64,000 nt of DNA from Candidatus Poribacteria bacterium. GTDB lineage: Bacteria > Poribacteria > WGA-4E > UBA9662. The DNA lies in contig JAYZAL010000087.1 in assembly GCA_036339735.1 (NCBI GenBank), positions 1 through 64,000 of the forward strand, given 5' to 3'. This document shows positions 30,197 through 40,174 of the stretch, in pieces. Position 1 is the first letter of the stretch, and the number at the start of each line of letters is the position of its first letter. Under the pieces are notes generated by a model. The model was not told where the DNA came from. It ran no database searches and worked only from the letters and a program-made list of their open reading frames with translations. A program made the position numbers and the translations under genes.

Positions 30197-31130
30197 TTTC
30201 TTAATTCCTTTGAAGACCTAAGTAATTACTAGCTACACTTTATAAATAACTGATTAACCATTTTATGTCTGTGAACAGATCAGCCAATTGAAAGAAATAC
30301 CCTACTTCCATTGATCAAGAAACACAATCATCGATTTTAATTATCCCAGTGGTAAACAAACTAGGAACGGGACTAAACTCGACGATTTAAATGAGATTTT
30401 CAAACATATAGTAAGAACAGTGTGGGAGGTCAAGACTGAGTGCTTGGAACGATGAAGGTTAAACCTTATACCCACCAATAATTGAAAACCTTACCGAGGC
30501 ACAAAAACTCGTTTGTTCCTTCATCCGCGGAAACAAATAATTTTCAGGCCTGACTTATTTGTTTCTGATTAATATTGAATCTAGGCAAGGGCATTTATCA
30601 TTTCGCTATTCTACATTATTTCTAAAGAAAGTTCTAGACAGCCTCTCGCAGATTATATGTTTGATTAGCCAGTGTTCACGTAAGTAGATTCGAACTTCGC
30701 CAATATCCAGTACTATGTAATATCAAGGCCCATCATATTAGTGTGGCGGAAACAATCTACAAATATGCACATCAAGCATAATAATAACCGTAAAAATTGA
30801 TTATTCAATAGCTGAGAAATACAATCAGCAAACTAGTCTTTTTTCTTTCTGTATCTGTATTCATTTTGAATTAACTTTACCTTACTGACCCAGGCTATTG
30901 AAACATCTATTTGAATACGAGTCATTCGAAATAATTATAAGATGCTCACCCTTTAATCATGATAGTGCCAACAATTACAGCAACCATGATTATGCCCATG
31001 CGAAAAAAATGTAGCAATTTAGCTACTCCACTGACCTGTACTTTATAAATTCTAGAACTATTTTAAATTTTAGCTAATAATTTCATTGATTAACCGATAT
31101 AAACTTAAGATTAAACCTAGTGAGAAGATT

Positions 31131-31146
31131 TGGCATTACTTATGCT
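31131..31146 (+). promoter_or_regulatory. Sigma54 (RpoN) -24/-12 promoter
   Basis: TGGCATTACTTATGCT has GG and GC at the exact TGGCAC-N5-TTGCW spacing, upstream of a nitrogen-scavenging operon. Confidence 0.7.
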
Positions 31147-31201
31147 AGTGTGGTATCAAAGATCGGAAGGTAGTGTTAAACGGCAGACTTAATGGTGTGG
31201 C

Positions 31202-31332
31202 TTCTCAAAGGCGAGAGTCATATCTAGGCTACTAGATCAGAATTCTCTTAAGCCATTATTTGGTTTGAACGGGCAAAGGCGTCCATTATTATGAGCACCA
31301 GCTGTGCTTGTAGGTGGGCGCCTTTTTTGTTT
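31202..31332 (+). promoter_or_regulatory. ANTAR-target leader: AAAGGC hexaloop hairpins overlapping an intrinsic terminator
   Basis: TTCTC-AAAGGC-GAGAG (31202-31217) and GGGC-AAAGGC-GTCC (31271-31284), with A1/G4 loops. AAAGGCGTCCA can alternatively pair with TGGGCGCCTTT (from 31315), followed by TTTGTTT. Confidence 0.75.
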
Positions 31333-31352
31333 ACAGGTTTCAAGGGTGCATT

Positions 31353-32012
31353 TTGGAAAAATTAGCAAACAACTATCAGAGCGTTTTAGTTGCTGATAGT
31401 AACGAAAAACGAAGACATGTTTTGTTGGAGTCTCTGGAGGTTAGTCGTTACAGAGTAATCTCTAACCTATTTCTTCCGGAAGATCTGTTCGCTCATGTAG
31501 AGTCGATAAAGCCAGATATCATATTCATTGGGTCAGATTTCCCTGATCAGGAAGTAATGGATTTCATAAGTTCGGTTACTCAACATCGGCCGTGTCCAAT
31601 TGTTCTGTTTGCACAAGATGATGATCCTAGAACAATTCAGGTTGCAACTCAAGTTGGTGTATCTGCCTACGTGAGTGGCGATCTGAGCACCAAAAACGTC
31701 CAGACTATTACTGAAGCTGCAATTGCCCGGTTTTGTCAACTACAGAATCTGAAAAGTGAGTTAGAAAAAGTTCAAACAAACCTTTCTGAACGGAAAGTTA
31801 TTGAGCAGGCAAAAGGTTTTCTTATAAATCAGAAAGGGTATAGCGAAAAAGAAGCTCACAGGGCATTGCAGAAAATTGCGATGAATAAAATGAGACGTTT
31901 AGCTGAAGTAGCTCGAGATGTGGTTTCTTCTTACAAAAGTAAAGGTCTAAAAAAAAACAACCACAAAATTGAGGGGCTAAATTCTGGGCAACGGATAATT
32001 ACGTGTATTTGA
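31353..32012 (+). CDS. NasT/AmiR-like ANTAR antiterminator with pseudo-receiver domain
   Basis: C-terminal ANTAR LSERKVIEQAKGFLI...SEKEAHRALQKIAM; REC has PDIIFIGSDFP (Gly at the usual phospho-Asp). The track's GTG 31314 lies inside the terminator; TTG 31353 is more plausible. Confidence 0.85.
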   Translation: MEKLANNYQSVLVADSNEKRRHVLLESLEVSRYRVISNLFLPEDLFAHVESIKPDIIFIGSDFPDQEVMDFISSVTQHRPCPIVLFAQDDDPRTIQVATQVGVSAYVSGDLSTKNVQTITEAAIARFCQLQNLKSELEKVQTNLSERKVIEQAKGFLINQKGYSEKEAHRALQKIAMNKMRRLAEVARDVVSSYKSKGLKKNNHKIEGLNSGQRIITCI

Positions 32013-32188
32013 ATAGCTTTGGGGAACATTTGAACCCCTAACCAATTTACATTAAGAAACGAATAGATTCGTCTGTTGATTATTCAATCATGGTGTTGAG
32101 ATTAAGTTTTTCTATTTAATAATTTAACACTTGTTACGCCAATCCTTTTGGCTGACATATTTTTTTTTAACTATAGGAGGCGGTTTTT

Positions 32189-33451
32189 ATGCTGTTATTA
32201 AATAAAGTTAAAATCTACGTTCTATTACTATTTGTTATGTTGTCTGCCAGCACCTTAGTACGAGTTCAGGCCTATGCAGCCAGCCACCCACCAACCTCTG
32301 AGGTCAATACTACCGGACTAGCAGTTACTAATGACACGGTGACTGTGGGACAACTTCATTCGATTACCGGAACAATGGCAATAAGTGAGACTGGATCAGT
32401 CGAAGCTGAGCGTCTAGCTATATCGCAGATTAATGCAATGGGTGGAGTCCTTGGGCGAAAAATTGAGATCATCCAAGAAGATGGTGCATCGGATTGGCCA
32501 ACCTTCGCAGAAAAGTCAAAAAAGTTAATTATCAAGGATAAAGTCGCGTGTGTTTTTGGGTGTTGGACCTCTGCTTCCCGAAAAGCGGTGCTTCCCATAT
32601 TCGAGAAAGAAAATAACATGCTTTACTACCCAACTTTCTACGAAGGTTTAGAAGCTTCCAAAAACGTTGTTTATACTGGTCAGGAAGCGGTTCAGCAGAT
32701 TCTTTGGGGACTTGATTGGGCTTACGAAAATTTGGGCGCGCGTACTTTTTACCTAATTGGCTCTGACTACATATGGCCGCGCACCTCAAACAAGATTGCT
32801 CGTAACCATATCGAACGGTTTTTAAAGAAAAAAGATCCCAAGTGTAAGGTTGTAGGTGAAGACTACTATCCCCTTGGTCATACTAATTTCCGTTCTTTAA
32901 TCAATAAAGTTAAATTAAAGAAACCTGATTTGATCTACAGTATAGTCGTGGGTGGAAGTAACGTCGCATGGTACAAGCAACTTAAAGCAGCTGGAATAAC
33001 TTCCAAAAAATATAATTTGCTTACTATTTCGACGACTGAGGATGAATTGCTAGGTATCGGAGGTGAAAATGCTGAAGGTTTCTATGCTTGCATGAAGTAT
33101 TTTCAATCTCAGGAAAATCCCAATAATCAGGCCTTCGTAAAAGCATTTAAGGAAATGTGGGGCGACGATTCTGTAATCGGAGACGTTACTCAGGCAGCAT
33201 ATCTTGGACCTTGGATTTGGAAAGCTGCAGTTGAAAAAGCAGGAAGCTTTGACATAGACAAAGTGCATGCTGCTCACCCCGGCATTGAATTGCCAGACGC
33301 TCCGGAAGGATATGTACGTGTACATGAAACTAACCAACATCTGTATAGTCGAGCAAAAATTGGAAAGATCAGAAAAGATGGTCAGTTTGATGTAATGGCG
33401 ATTTCCGAAGACTTAATTGAGCCCGACCCATTCCCAGAGGGATACCAGTAA
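32189..33451 (+). CDS. urtA: Urea/short-chain amide ABC transporter substrate-binding protein (FmdD-like)
   Basis: VNTTGLAVT, LHSITGTMAISE, EDGASDWPTFAEK, GCWTSASRKAV, YYPTFYEGLE, GSDYIWPR; signal peptide. Confidence 0.92.
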   Translation: MLLLNKVKIYVLLLFVMLSASTLVRVQAYAASHPPTSEVNTTGLAVTNDTVTVGQLHSITGTMAISETGSVEAERLAISQINAMGGVLGRKIEIIQEDGASDWPTFAEKSKKLIIKDKVACVFGCWTSASRKAVLPIFEKENNMLYYPTFYEGLEASKNVVYTGQEAVQQILWGLDWAYENLGARTFYLIGSDYIWPRTSNKIARNHIERFLKKKDPKCKVVGEDYYPLGHTNFRSLINKVKLKKPDLIYSIVVGGSNVAWYKQLKAAGITSKKYNLLTISTTEDELLGIGGENAEGFYACMKYFQSQENPNNQAFVKAFKEMWGDDSVIGDVTQAAYLGPWIWKAAVEKAGSFDIDKVHAAHPGIELPDAPEGYVRVHETNQHLYSRAKIGKIRKDGQFDVMAISEDLIEPDPFPEGYQ

Positions 33452-33479
33452 ACAATCGGTTAATCTATTGTTTTGATAG

Positions 33480-33530
33480 TATTCGTGGGGTTTACTGCTC
33501 AATGTGCTAGTGTGGTGGATCCCATGAATA
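33480..33530 (+). other. Long intercistronic hairpin after urtA (probable mRNA-stabilising/partial terminator stem)
   Basis: TATTCGTGGG.../...CCCATGAATA, with further pairing GTTTACTGC/GTGGTGGAT. Confidence 0.5.
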
Positions 33531-33578
33531 ACATCAAAGTGTTTGGGGATGGTTTAGCAATAGATAAAGGAATATTAA

Positions 33579-34502
33579 ATGGGTGATTATACAGCAGCAG
33601 AAATTTACGCGATTGTGGCCATGCAAGGGTTTAGCGGAGTTAGCCTGCTTTGCATTTATGTTCTCATGGGCCTTGGCCTCTATATAATTTTTGGTCAAAT
33701 GGGTGTTATCAACATGGCTCATGCCGAATTCTTGGTTCTTGGCTCATATACCATGTGTCTATTTTCCGAGTTTGTGACAAAGAATGTTCCTTTTTTAACC
33801 ACCTACTATGTCATCCTGGCAATTCCGTTATCCTTCATCATCGCTTTTGGTGTTGGATATTTGGTTGAATGGATCTTGATCAGTCGTCTTTATCAAAGAC
33901 CTCTTGACACCTTACTTGCAACATGGGGATTAAGCCTGATAATGCAACAGTCTTTCAGGACTTTTATTGGTGCACGTGAGAGAAGCGCGGATTTGCCAGA
34001 ATGGCTTCTGGGGTCATGGGCCGTTACCGATATGATCGAAATTCCGATCAGTGGGCTCGTTCTACTTTTTCTCACTGTTCTACTAACCGTTGGTTTAATT
34101 GCCTACACGCAAAGGTCGCGTATGGGGCTGCGGATGAGAGCCACAACACAAAATCGTCAAATGACTAGTGCCTTGGGAATCAATACTAAGATGACTGATC
34201 GTGTTACTTTTGGGATTGCTTGTGGGATTTCTGGGATTGCTGGAGCTTTTTTTACAACCATAGCTTCCACCTCTCCGTCAGCCGGAACTAACTATATTGT
34301 TGATTCGTTTTTGGTTCTAGTTGTAGGTGGATTGGGCAGTTTGTTGGGACTCTTCATATCTGGAGGTTTCCTTGCGTTGCTTTCATCGATCTTGGAATTT
34401 TTCATGACTGGTTCAATTGCCAAGGTCTGGCTCTACATCATTATATTTGCTGTTTTGATGAAATTCACCCGTGGTCTTTTTTCGGAAAGAATTCGCTCAT
34501 AA
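33579..34502 (+). CDS. urtB: Urea/amide ABC transporter permease
   Basis: GLYIIFGQMGVINMAHAEF, RPLDTLLATWGLSL, YIVDSFLVLVVGG. Confidence 0.9.
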   Translation: MGDYTAAEIYAIVAMQGFSGVSLLCIYVLMGLGLYIIFGQMGVINMAHAEFLVLGSYTMCLFSEFVTKNVPFLTTYYVILAIPLSFIIAFGVGYLVEWILISRLYQRPLDTLLATWGLSLIMQQSFRTFIGARERSADLPEWLLGSWAVTDMIEIPISGLVLLFLTVLLTVGLIAYTQRSRMGLRMRATTQNRQMTSALGINTKMTDRVTFGIACGISGIAGAFFTTIASTSPSAGTNYIVDSFLVLVVGGLGSLLGLFISGGFLALLSSILEFFMTGSIAKVWLYIIIFAVLMKFTRGLFSERIRS

Positions 34503-34535
34503 ACCAATATTATTATTCTCCATTATTAGTCAATT

Positions 34536-35687
34536 ATGAATCTTTACGATCGACTTTTTAAAAACAAAGAAGGTTTAGCGGCCTTCATCATCTTGGCCAT
34601 TATACTACTGGTTATTCTTCCAGTTTCACTTAATGTTTTTCGACTGAATCTGACTGGTAAATACTTGTGTTACGCTTTCGTAGCAATTGGTCTTGTAATG
34701 TGCTGGGGCAATTCTGGCATTCTCAGCCTTGGTCAGGGGTTATTCTTCGGAATTGGTGGATATTGTATGGCCATGTTTCTAAAACTTGAAGCCTCTGACC
34801 CAGAAAGCACCTCCATTCAAACTACGCCGGGAATTCCAGACTTCATGGATTGGAACCAGGTTACCGAATTACCTTGGTTTTGGTACCCGTTCAAGAACTT
34901 AGCCTTAACTCTGTCTCTGATCTTGATTCTACCTGTACTAATGGCTTTTATATTGAGTTTCTTTTACTTCAAGGGGCGTGTTACAAATGTGGTTTTTGCC
35001 ATTCTTACTCAGTCAATGGTCGCCTGCCTTTGGTATTTCATCGTAGGCAACCAAGGTTACTTTGGAGGAATCAATGGTATTACTGACTTGAAAACTCTCC
35101 TAGGCTGGGATATACGACCTGAATCAGCACAGAAAAGCCTATATTACGTCTGCGCAATTTTACTTCTTTTTTGTATTCTTGCCAGTAGATATATTTTGTC
35201 GACTCGTCTGGGACGTGTATTAGTTGCTCAACGTGATAAGGAAATGCGTGTTCGTTTCACGGGATATAACATTACGTCTTTCCGTATTTTCGTTTTCTGC
35301 TTTGCCGCCCTGCTTAGTTCAATTGGAGGTGCATTGTTCACCCTGCAGGTTGGATTCATGTCTCCTAATTTGATTGGTATCCAGCCATCTATCGACATGG
35401 TCATTTTTACAGCTGTTGGTGGACGAGAGAGCCTTCTTGGTGCAGTCTATGGCGCTTTAGCAGTTAATGCTGCTAAAACTGCTTTCTCGGAAGCCTATCC
35501 CGGGTGGTGGCTGTTTTTATATGGTTCTACATTCATCGTTATTGTTCTCTTTTTACCTAGGGGTTTAGCTGGACTATATGAAAGTAATATTAGAGGATGG
35601 ATCTCTAAGTTGAGAAAAAGAACTGAACCCGAATCCACACCTGTTATTAGTCAACTAGAAGAGGAGGGATCGAATGCGATCGAGTGA
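34536..35687 (+). CDS. urtC: Urea/amide ABC transporter permease
   Basis: GKYLCYAFVA, WGNSGILSLGQG, PGIPDFMDWN, AVGGRESLLGA. Confidence 0.9.
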   Translation: MNLYDRLFKNKEGLAAFIILAIILLVILPVSLNVFRLNLTGKYLCYAFVAIGLVMCWGNSGILSLGQGLFFGIGGYCMAMFLKLEASDPESTSIQTTPGIPDFMDWNQVTELPWFWYPFKNLALTLSLILILPVLMAFILSFFYFKGRVTNVVFAILTQSMVACLWYFIVGNQGYFGGINGITDLKTLLGWDIRPESAQKSLYYVCAILLLFCILASRYILSTRLGRVLVAQRDKEMRVRFTGYNITSFRIFVFCFAALLSSIGGALFTLQVGFMSPNLIGIQPSIDMVIFTAVGGRESLLGAVYGALAVNAAKTAFSEAYPGWWLFLYGSTFIVIVLFLPRGLAGLYESNIRGWISKLRKRTEPESTPVISQLEEEGSNAIE

Positions 35688-36447
35688 CACCGATTATGTA
35701 CTGGCCATAGAGAATTTGACAGTTAGTTTCGATGGCTTTAAAGCCGTCGACGATCTTACTCTCTATATTGACCAGGGAGAATTAAGAGTAATTATCGGAC
35801 CTAATGGGGCTGGAAAAACTACGGTTTTAGATCTAATCAGCGGTAAGACTTCTGCAACCTCCGGAAGTATCCGCTACAACCCGTATGCACAAAAAAAGGG
35901 TAGAAACATAGAGCTTACCGAAATGCGTGAACATGAAATCGTTCGTGCCGGAATCGGGAGAAAGTTTCAAACACCATCGATCTACGAGAGTCTGACGGTA
36001 TTTGAGAATCTTGAAATTTCTTACCCCCGTGGACGAACAGTGTTGGGCTCATTGACCTTTCAAAGATCAGAGGAAGTAATGGATCGTATTCGTGAAGTGG
36101 CTGAAGCGATATTTCTGATTGAGATGCTAGATTCTCAAGCTGAGCTTTTAAGCCATGGACAGAAGCAGTGGCTAGAGATAGGTATGCTGTTGGTACAAAG
36201 TCCAGATTTAATAATGCTAGATGAGCCAGTTGCTGGGATGAGTGCCAAAGAACGTGATGCAACAGCCGAGCTGCTGCGCGAGGTTTCTAAGGAACACTCG
36301 GTGCTGATTATCGAACATGATATGGATTTTGTGGCCAAGATAGCAGATCAGGTGACCGTGCTTCACTTGGGACAAATTATCATGGAAGGGACAATGGAAG
36401 AAATTCAAAACGATTCAGTCGTACAAGAAGTCTACCTTGGACATTAA
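35674..36447 (+). CDS. urtD: Urea/amide ABC transporter ATPase
   Basis: VSFDGFKA, GPNGAGKTT, GIGRKFQTP, LSHGQKQWLEIGM, LDEPVAGM. Confidence 0.92.
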   Translation: MRSSDTDYVLAIENLTVSFDGFKAVDDLTLYIDQGELRVIIGPNGAGKTTVLDLISGKTSATSGSIRYNPYAQKKGRNIELTEMREHEIVRAGIGRKFQTPSIYESLTVFENLEISYPRGRTVLGSLTFQRSEEVMDRIREVAEAIFLIEMLDSQAELLSHGQKQWLEIGMLLVQSPDLIMLDEPVAGMSAKERDATAELLREVSKEHSVLIIEHDMDFVAKIADQVTVLHLGQIIMEGTMEEIQNDSVVQEVYLGH

Positions 36448-36484
36448 TAATTAGATAATTAACCAAAACTAAGAGTAATTAATT

Positions 36485-37177
36485 ATGTTCCACATAAAAA
36501 ATCTTAAAGTCGGTTATGGTGAGAGCACGGTAATCAGCGGATTGGACTTGGATCTTGGTGAAGGAGAGATTCTAGCCATAATGGGTCGCAACGGAATGGG
36601 TAAGACCACATTGTTCAAATCCGTCATCGGTATTTTAGATTGTGGCAATGGCTCTAGTATCAAAATCGGCGAGCAAGAATTGGCAGAGGCCCCTAGTTTC
36701 ATGCGGGTTCGTCGGGGGTTAGCCTATGTCCCACAAGGTAGGATGATTTTTCCAAGTATGACTGTGAAGGAAAATATTGAAATAGGAATGGATACCACGG
36801 ATCTAAATGAGGTTCCTGATTATATTTATGAGCTGTTTCCAGTGTTGGACGAAATGGGGAAACGTAAAGGCGGAAATTTATCAGGTGGCCAGCAACAGCA
36901 ATTAGCAATTGCTCGGGCTTTAGTCACAGAACCAAAAGTATTACTTTTGGATGAGCCAACCGAGGGAATTCAACCATCAATAATCAAGGAAATGGCCCAA
37001 AAACTTAAAGTGATCAGAGACATGCATGGTATTTCTATTATCGTAGCAGAACAAGTTCTGTCTTTTACTTTGGATGCTTGTGATCGTTTTTTAGTTATGG
37101 AAGGTGGATCAATTGTTCATTCTAGTGATCGAAAGGAGGTGGACGCGGAAAAAATTAAAAGTTTCCTTTCCGTATGA
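36485..37177 (+). CDS. urtE: Urea/amide ABC transporter ATPase
   Basis: GRNGMGKTT, YVPQGRMIF, LSGGQQQQLAIARAL, LDEPTEGIQPSII. Confidence 0.92.
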   Translation: MFHIKNLKVGYGESTVISGLDLDLGEGEILAIMGRNGMGKTTLFKSVIGILDCGNGSSIKIGEQELAEAPSFMRVRRGLAYVPQGRMIFPSMTVKENIEIGMDTTDLNEVPDYIYELFPVLDEMGKRKGGNLSGGQQQQLAIARALVTEPKVLLLDEPTEGIQPSIIKEMAQKLKVIRDMHGISIIVAEQVLSFTLDACDRFLVMEGGSIVHSSDRKEVDAEKIKSFLSV

Positions 37178-37463
37178 TTAACAGGTTTAAGATTCATCAT
37201 TTAAATGAGTTTATTAGGCAAAAAAACAAAAACTAGATTTTGTCAAATAGCTCACCTACGGATATAGTGGTCGAATTTTGGCTGATAACACGGAAGTTCA
37301 GCCGGAATCTTTGTTGAAGGGAACTTCGGGTTTTACTCCGGTATGTTTGAAACAGTAGAAAAAGACAGTGTTCAGAGAAGGTAGTATGTTTTCATTGATA
37401 CGATTTTGAATCAAAATAAACCACAGCGTAAGTTTAGTTTTTTTATATTTATAGGATTTTAAT

Positions 37464-38714
37464 ATGGCCGAAACTAATAAGCCTACTTCACTTATTCGAG
37501 TTGATTTAAACCAGAGTCCTTACGAGAATGAGAATGTCCATAATCGATGGCATCCTGACATTCCAATGGTAGCGACCGTTAAGCCAGGTGATGATTTCGT
37601 GGTTGAGTGTTATGATTGGACTGGAGGGCAAATCAAGAATGACGACTCAGCTGAAGATGTCCGTGATGTAGATCTTGGGCAAGTCCACTTTTTATCTGGA
37701 CCCATAGAGATAGAGGGGGCTGAACCTGGTGATTTACTACAGGTTGACATCTTGGATATTGGTGCATTTTATGAGTCTAGCTGGGGATTTAACGGTTTCT
37801 TCAGCAAAAAAAATGGCGGTGGATTTTTAACCGAGCATTTCCCTGAAGCACAGAAATCTATTTGGGACTTTAATGGTATGTTCACCAAATCTCGACATAT
37901 ACCCGGTGTCGAGTTTGCAGGTTGTTTGCATCCTGGACTGATTGGTTGTCTACCAGACAGAAAAATGCTAGACATGTGGAACACTCGTGAAAAGGAATTA
38001 TACGATACAGATCCTGATCGTGTTCCTGAACTAGCAACATTACCGCAAGCACGCGTAGCACATATGGGACGTATGCCGGCAGATGAAGCCAAGATTGCGG
38101 CAGCTGAGGCGGCAAGGACAGTTCCTCCAAGGGAGCACGGTGGTAACTGTGACATCAAAGATTTATCTCGTGGCTCGACGGTTTACTTTCCGGTCTATCA
38201 AAATGGTGCTGGCCTCTCTATGGGCGACATACATTTTAGTCAAGGTGATGGTGAGATCACATTCTGTGGTGCCATTGAAATGGCCGGTTGGCTCCATCTG
38301 CGTGTGAACTTAATTAAAGATGGAATGGAAAAGTACAGTGTTAAAAATCCGATTTTTAAACCCAGCCCAATAGTACCTAAGTATGATGATTACCTGATTT
38401 TTGAGGGTATTTCTGTTGATGAAGATGGGAGGCAGCATTATTTGGATGTTCATATCGCATATCGTCAAGCTTGTTTAAATGCGATTAGCTACTTGACCAA
38501 GTTTGGCTACAGCGAGGCTCAGGCCTATGCTATTTTGGGTTGTGCACCTGTTCAGGGACATATCAGTGGTGTAGTTGATATCCCTAATGCATGTGCAACA
38601 CTCTGGCTGCCTACTGATGTATTTGATTTTGACGTTCAAATCAATCCAAATGGACCAGAGAAGCATGTCGACTCCTCCTTAATTGATGTCCCTCTTGCAC
38701 CAGACCTTGAGTAA
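37464..38714 (+). CDS. fmdA: Formamidase (acetamidase/formamidase family)
   Basis: HNRWHPDIP, ECYDWTGGQI, PPREHGGNCDIKDL, GDIHFSQGDGEITFCGAIEM, SGVVDIPNAC. Confidence 0.95.
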   Translation: MAETNKPTSLIRVDLNQSPYENENVHNRWHPDIPMVATVKPGDDFVVECYDWTGGQIKNDDSAEDVRDVDLGQVHFLSGPIEIEGAEPGDLLQVDILDIGAFYESSWGFNGFFSKKNGGGFLTEHFPEAQKSIWDFNGMFTKSRHIPGVEFAGCLHPGLIGCLPDRKMLDMWNTREKELYDTDPDRVPELATLPQARVAHMGRMPADEAKIAAAEAARTVPPREHGGNCDIKDLSRGSTVYFPVYQNGAGLSMGDIHFSQGDGEITFCGAIEMAGWLHLRVNLIKDGMEKYSVKNPIFKPSPIVPKYDDYLIFEGISVDEDGRQHYLDVHIAYRQACLNAISYLTKFGYSEAQAYAILGCAPVQGHISGVVDIPNACATLWLPTDVFDFDVQINPNGPEKHVDSSLIDVPLAPDLE

Positions 38715-38742
38715 CCAAAATAAAGTTAATTAGGAGCAATTT

Positions 38743-39087
38743 ATGCCACTCTATGAATATAAATGCAGAGAACATGGAATCTTCTCAGAATTAGCTACTT
38801 TAGCTGATAGTGCACACCCCACAGATTGCCCCCAATGTGGGGCAACCTCTCCTCGGATACTGACCTTGTCGCCTCGTGTAGTTTTAGCTCTCAAGGAAGG
38901 TGTGAGTATTAAGGCAATAGAACGTAATGAGAAGGCTCAAAATGAACCAGAGGTTTCCACCGTGGATAGGCGACAAAACGACGATAAACATATCATTGGT
39001 AAAAGTATAGGCAAGTCTAAAGTTATATATACTGCTGACGGAAAGAAAATGTTTCCCTCTATGAGGCCTTGGATGATAAGTCACTAG
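38743..39087 (+). CDS. fmdB: FmdB Zn-ribbon regulatory protein
   Basis: MPLYEYKCREHG...CPQCG; C-terminal RPWMISH; follows fmdA. Confidence 0.88.
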   Translation: MPLYEYKCREHGIFSELATLADSAHPTDCPQCGATSPRILTLSPRVVLALKEGVSIKAIERNEKAQNEPEVSTVDRRQNDDKHIIGKSIGKSKVIYTADGKKMFPSMRPWMISH

Positions 39088-39540
39088 ATTTAGCTTTTAC
39101 TCTCATCTATTGAAATTGATTTGCTAACAGCCAACGTGCAAAATATTGGACCTAAAAGCATATTTAGCATTTATAGGCTGAGAATCTAGAATCGTTGTGA
39201 CTAAACAAAAATCTCGGGCCAAAAAAGTAAAAAGTAAACAGCGTTATCACTCTGAACATATCTGTCTACTTTTAATGCATCTCTTAGCTGTCCTGACAAT
39301 TGACAGATAATATTCATATAAGGTTTGCTAGGTGATGTTGTCGTATTTGTAATGTACTAGAGTTTCGCGTAAAACGCATAATCGTTTTAAGTCTATATTT
39401 GTTTAGGATTTAGGCTAATCCCAAGTAATACGAAAAACAAGTAAACTTCAGTTGTATTGAAAGTGATCTGTTTGATGATTATTGCGTTCCTTTATTTTTT
39501 ATTAATTATACATTAGTCCTGACAAAATGGTGGACGATGC

Positions 39541-39569
39541 TTGACAGGAGTGTTATGTTATATCATAAT
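39541..39569 (+). promoter_or_regulatory. Sigma70 promoter with an embedded Zur box (zur autoregulation)
   Basis: TTGACA (39541) - 17 nt - CATAAT (39564); the spacer and -10 contain TGTTATGTTATATCATAAT, a near copy of the 40807 palindrome. Confidence 0.75.
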
Positions 39570-39614
39570 GAATGTGTTGGTTGTTAACAACAAACACCCA
39601 AAAGGCATTTTCAT

Positions 39615-40115
39615 ATGAATAAGCAGCAAATAGATCGTGTGATCGATAAAGCAAAGTACCTTTGCGAACGTTCGGGGACACGTTTGACAGAGAAGCGCAG
39701 AAGCGTTTTAGAACTTTTACTGGTTTCCAATATACCTTTATCGGCCTATGAAATTACTGATGCTTATAATCAGATCGATGAAAAACCCATTCTGGCAATG
39801 TCAGTATATCGCATTTTAGAATTTCTCGAGTCAGAGAACTTGGTGCACAAACTAAGTTCAACCAATAAATACGTCGCTTGTTCCCATATCACTTGTGGGG
39901 AGGTGCACGGAATCCCACAATTTTTAATTTGCGGTGAATGCCAAATCACTAGAGAAATCGCGTGTGGTGGATGTAAGGATGAGAAAGAAATATCAATTTC
40001 CAAAAGCGTGATTGATGAGCTAGGTAAACTGGTTGGTAAAGCGGGTTACACGCTTATAAATTCACAATTGGAGTTACGGGTCCTCTGTAATAACTGCTCG
40101 GTGAGTAAGGCTTAA
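39615..40115 (+). CDS. zur: Zinc uptake regulator (Fur family), copy 1
   Basis: RLTEKRRSVLELL, LSAYEI, SVYRILEFL, VHKLSSTNKYVACSH, QFLICGEC, CNNC; Zn-uptake context. Confidence 0.85.
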   Translation: MNKQQIDRVIDKAKYLCERSGTRLTEKRRSVLELLLVSNIPLSAYEITDAYNQIDEKPILAMSVYRILEFLESENLVHKLSSTNKYVACSHITCGEVHGIPQFLICGECQITREIACGGCKDEKEISISKSVIDELGKLVGKAGYTLINSQLELRVLCNNCSVSKA

Positions 40116-40117
40116 CC

Positions 40118-40174
40118 CTGTCGAATTACTTTTGTCAATCACCTGAATCCATCACCAAAAGAGAATTTACATCA
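40118..40174 (+). pseudogene. Decayed 5' fragment of hisI left by the zur-hisI duplication
   Basis: Reads LSNYFCQSPESITKREFTS versus HisI N-terminus MLNRFYKSLESITTGEFIS, at the same 2-nt spacing after the zur stop. Confidence 0.7.

Noticed and set aside
30530-30565. Inverted repeat GAAACAAATAA...TTATTTGTTTC at the left flank of the nitrogen island
   Set aside because: No matching copy found at the other flank and no transposase/integrase, so it cannot be called a mobile-element end.
30940-31000. Possible NtrC enhancer sites upstream of the sigma54 promoter
   Set aside because: Only weak partial matches to TGCACC-N5-GGTGCA
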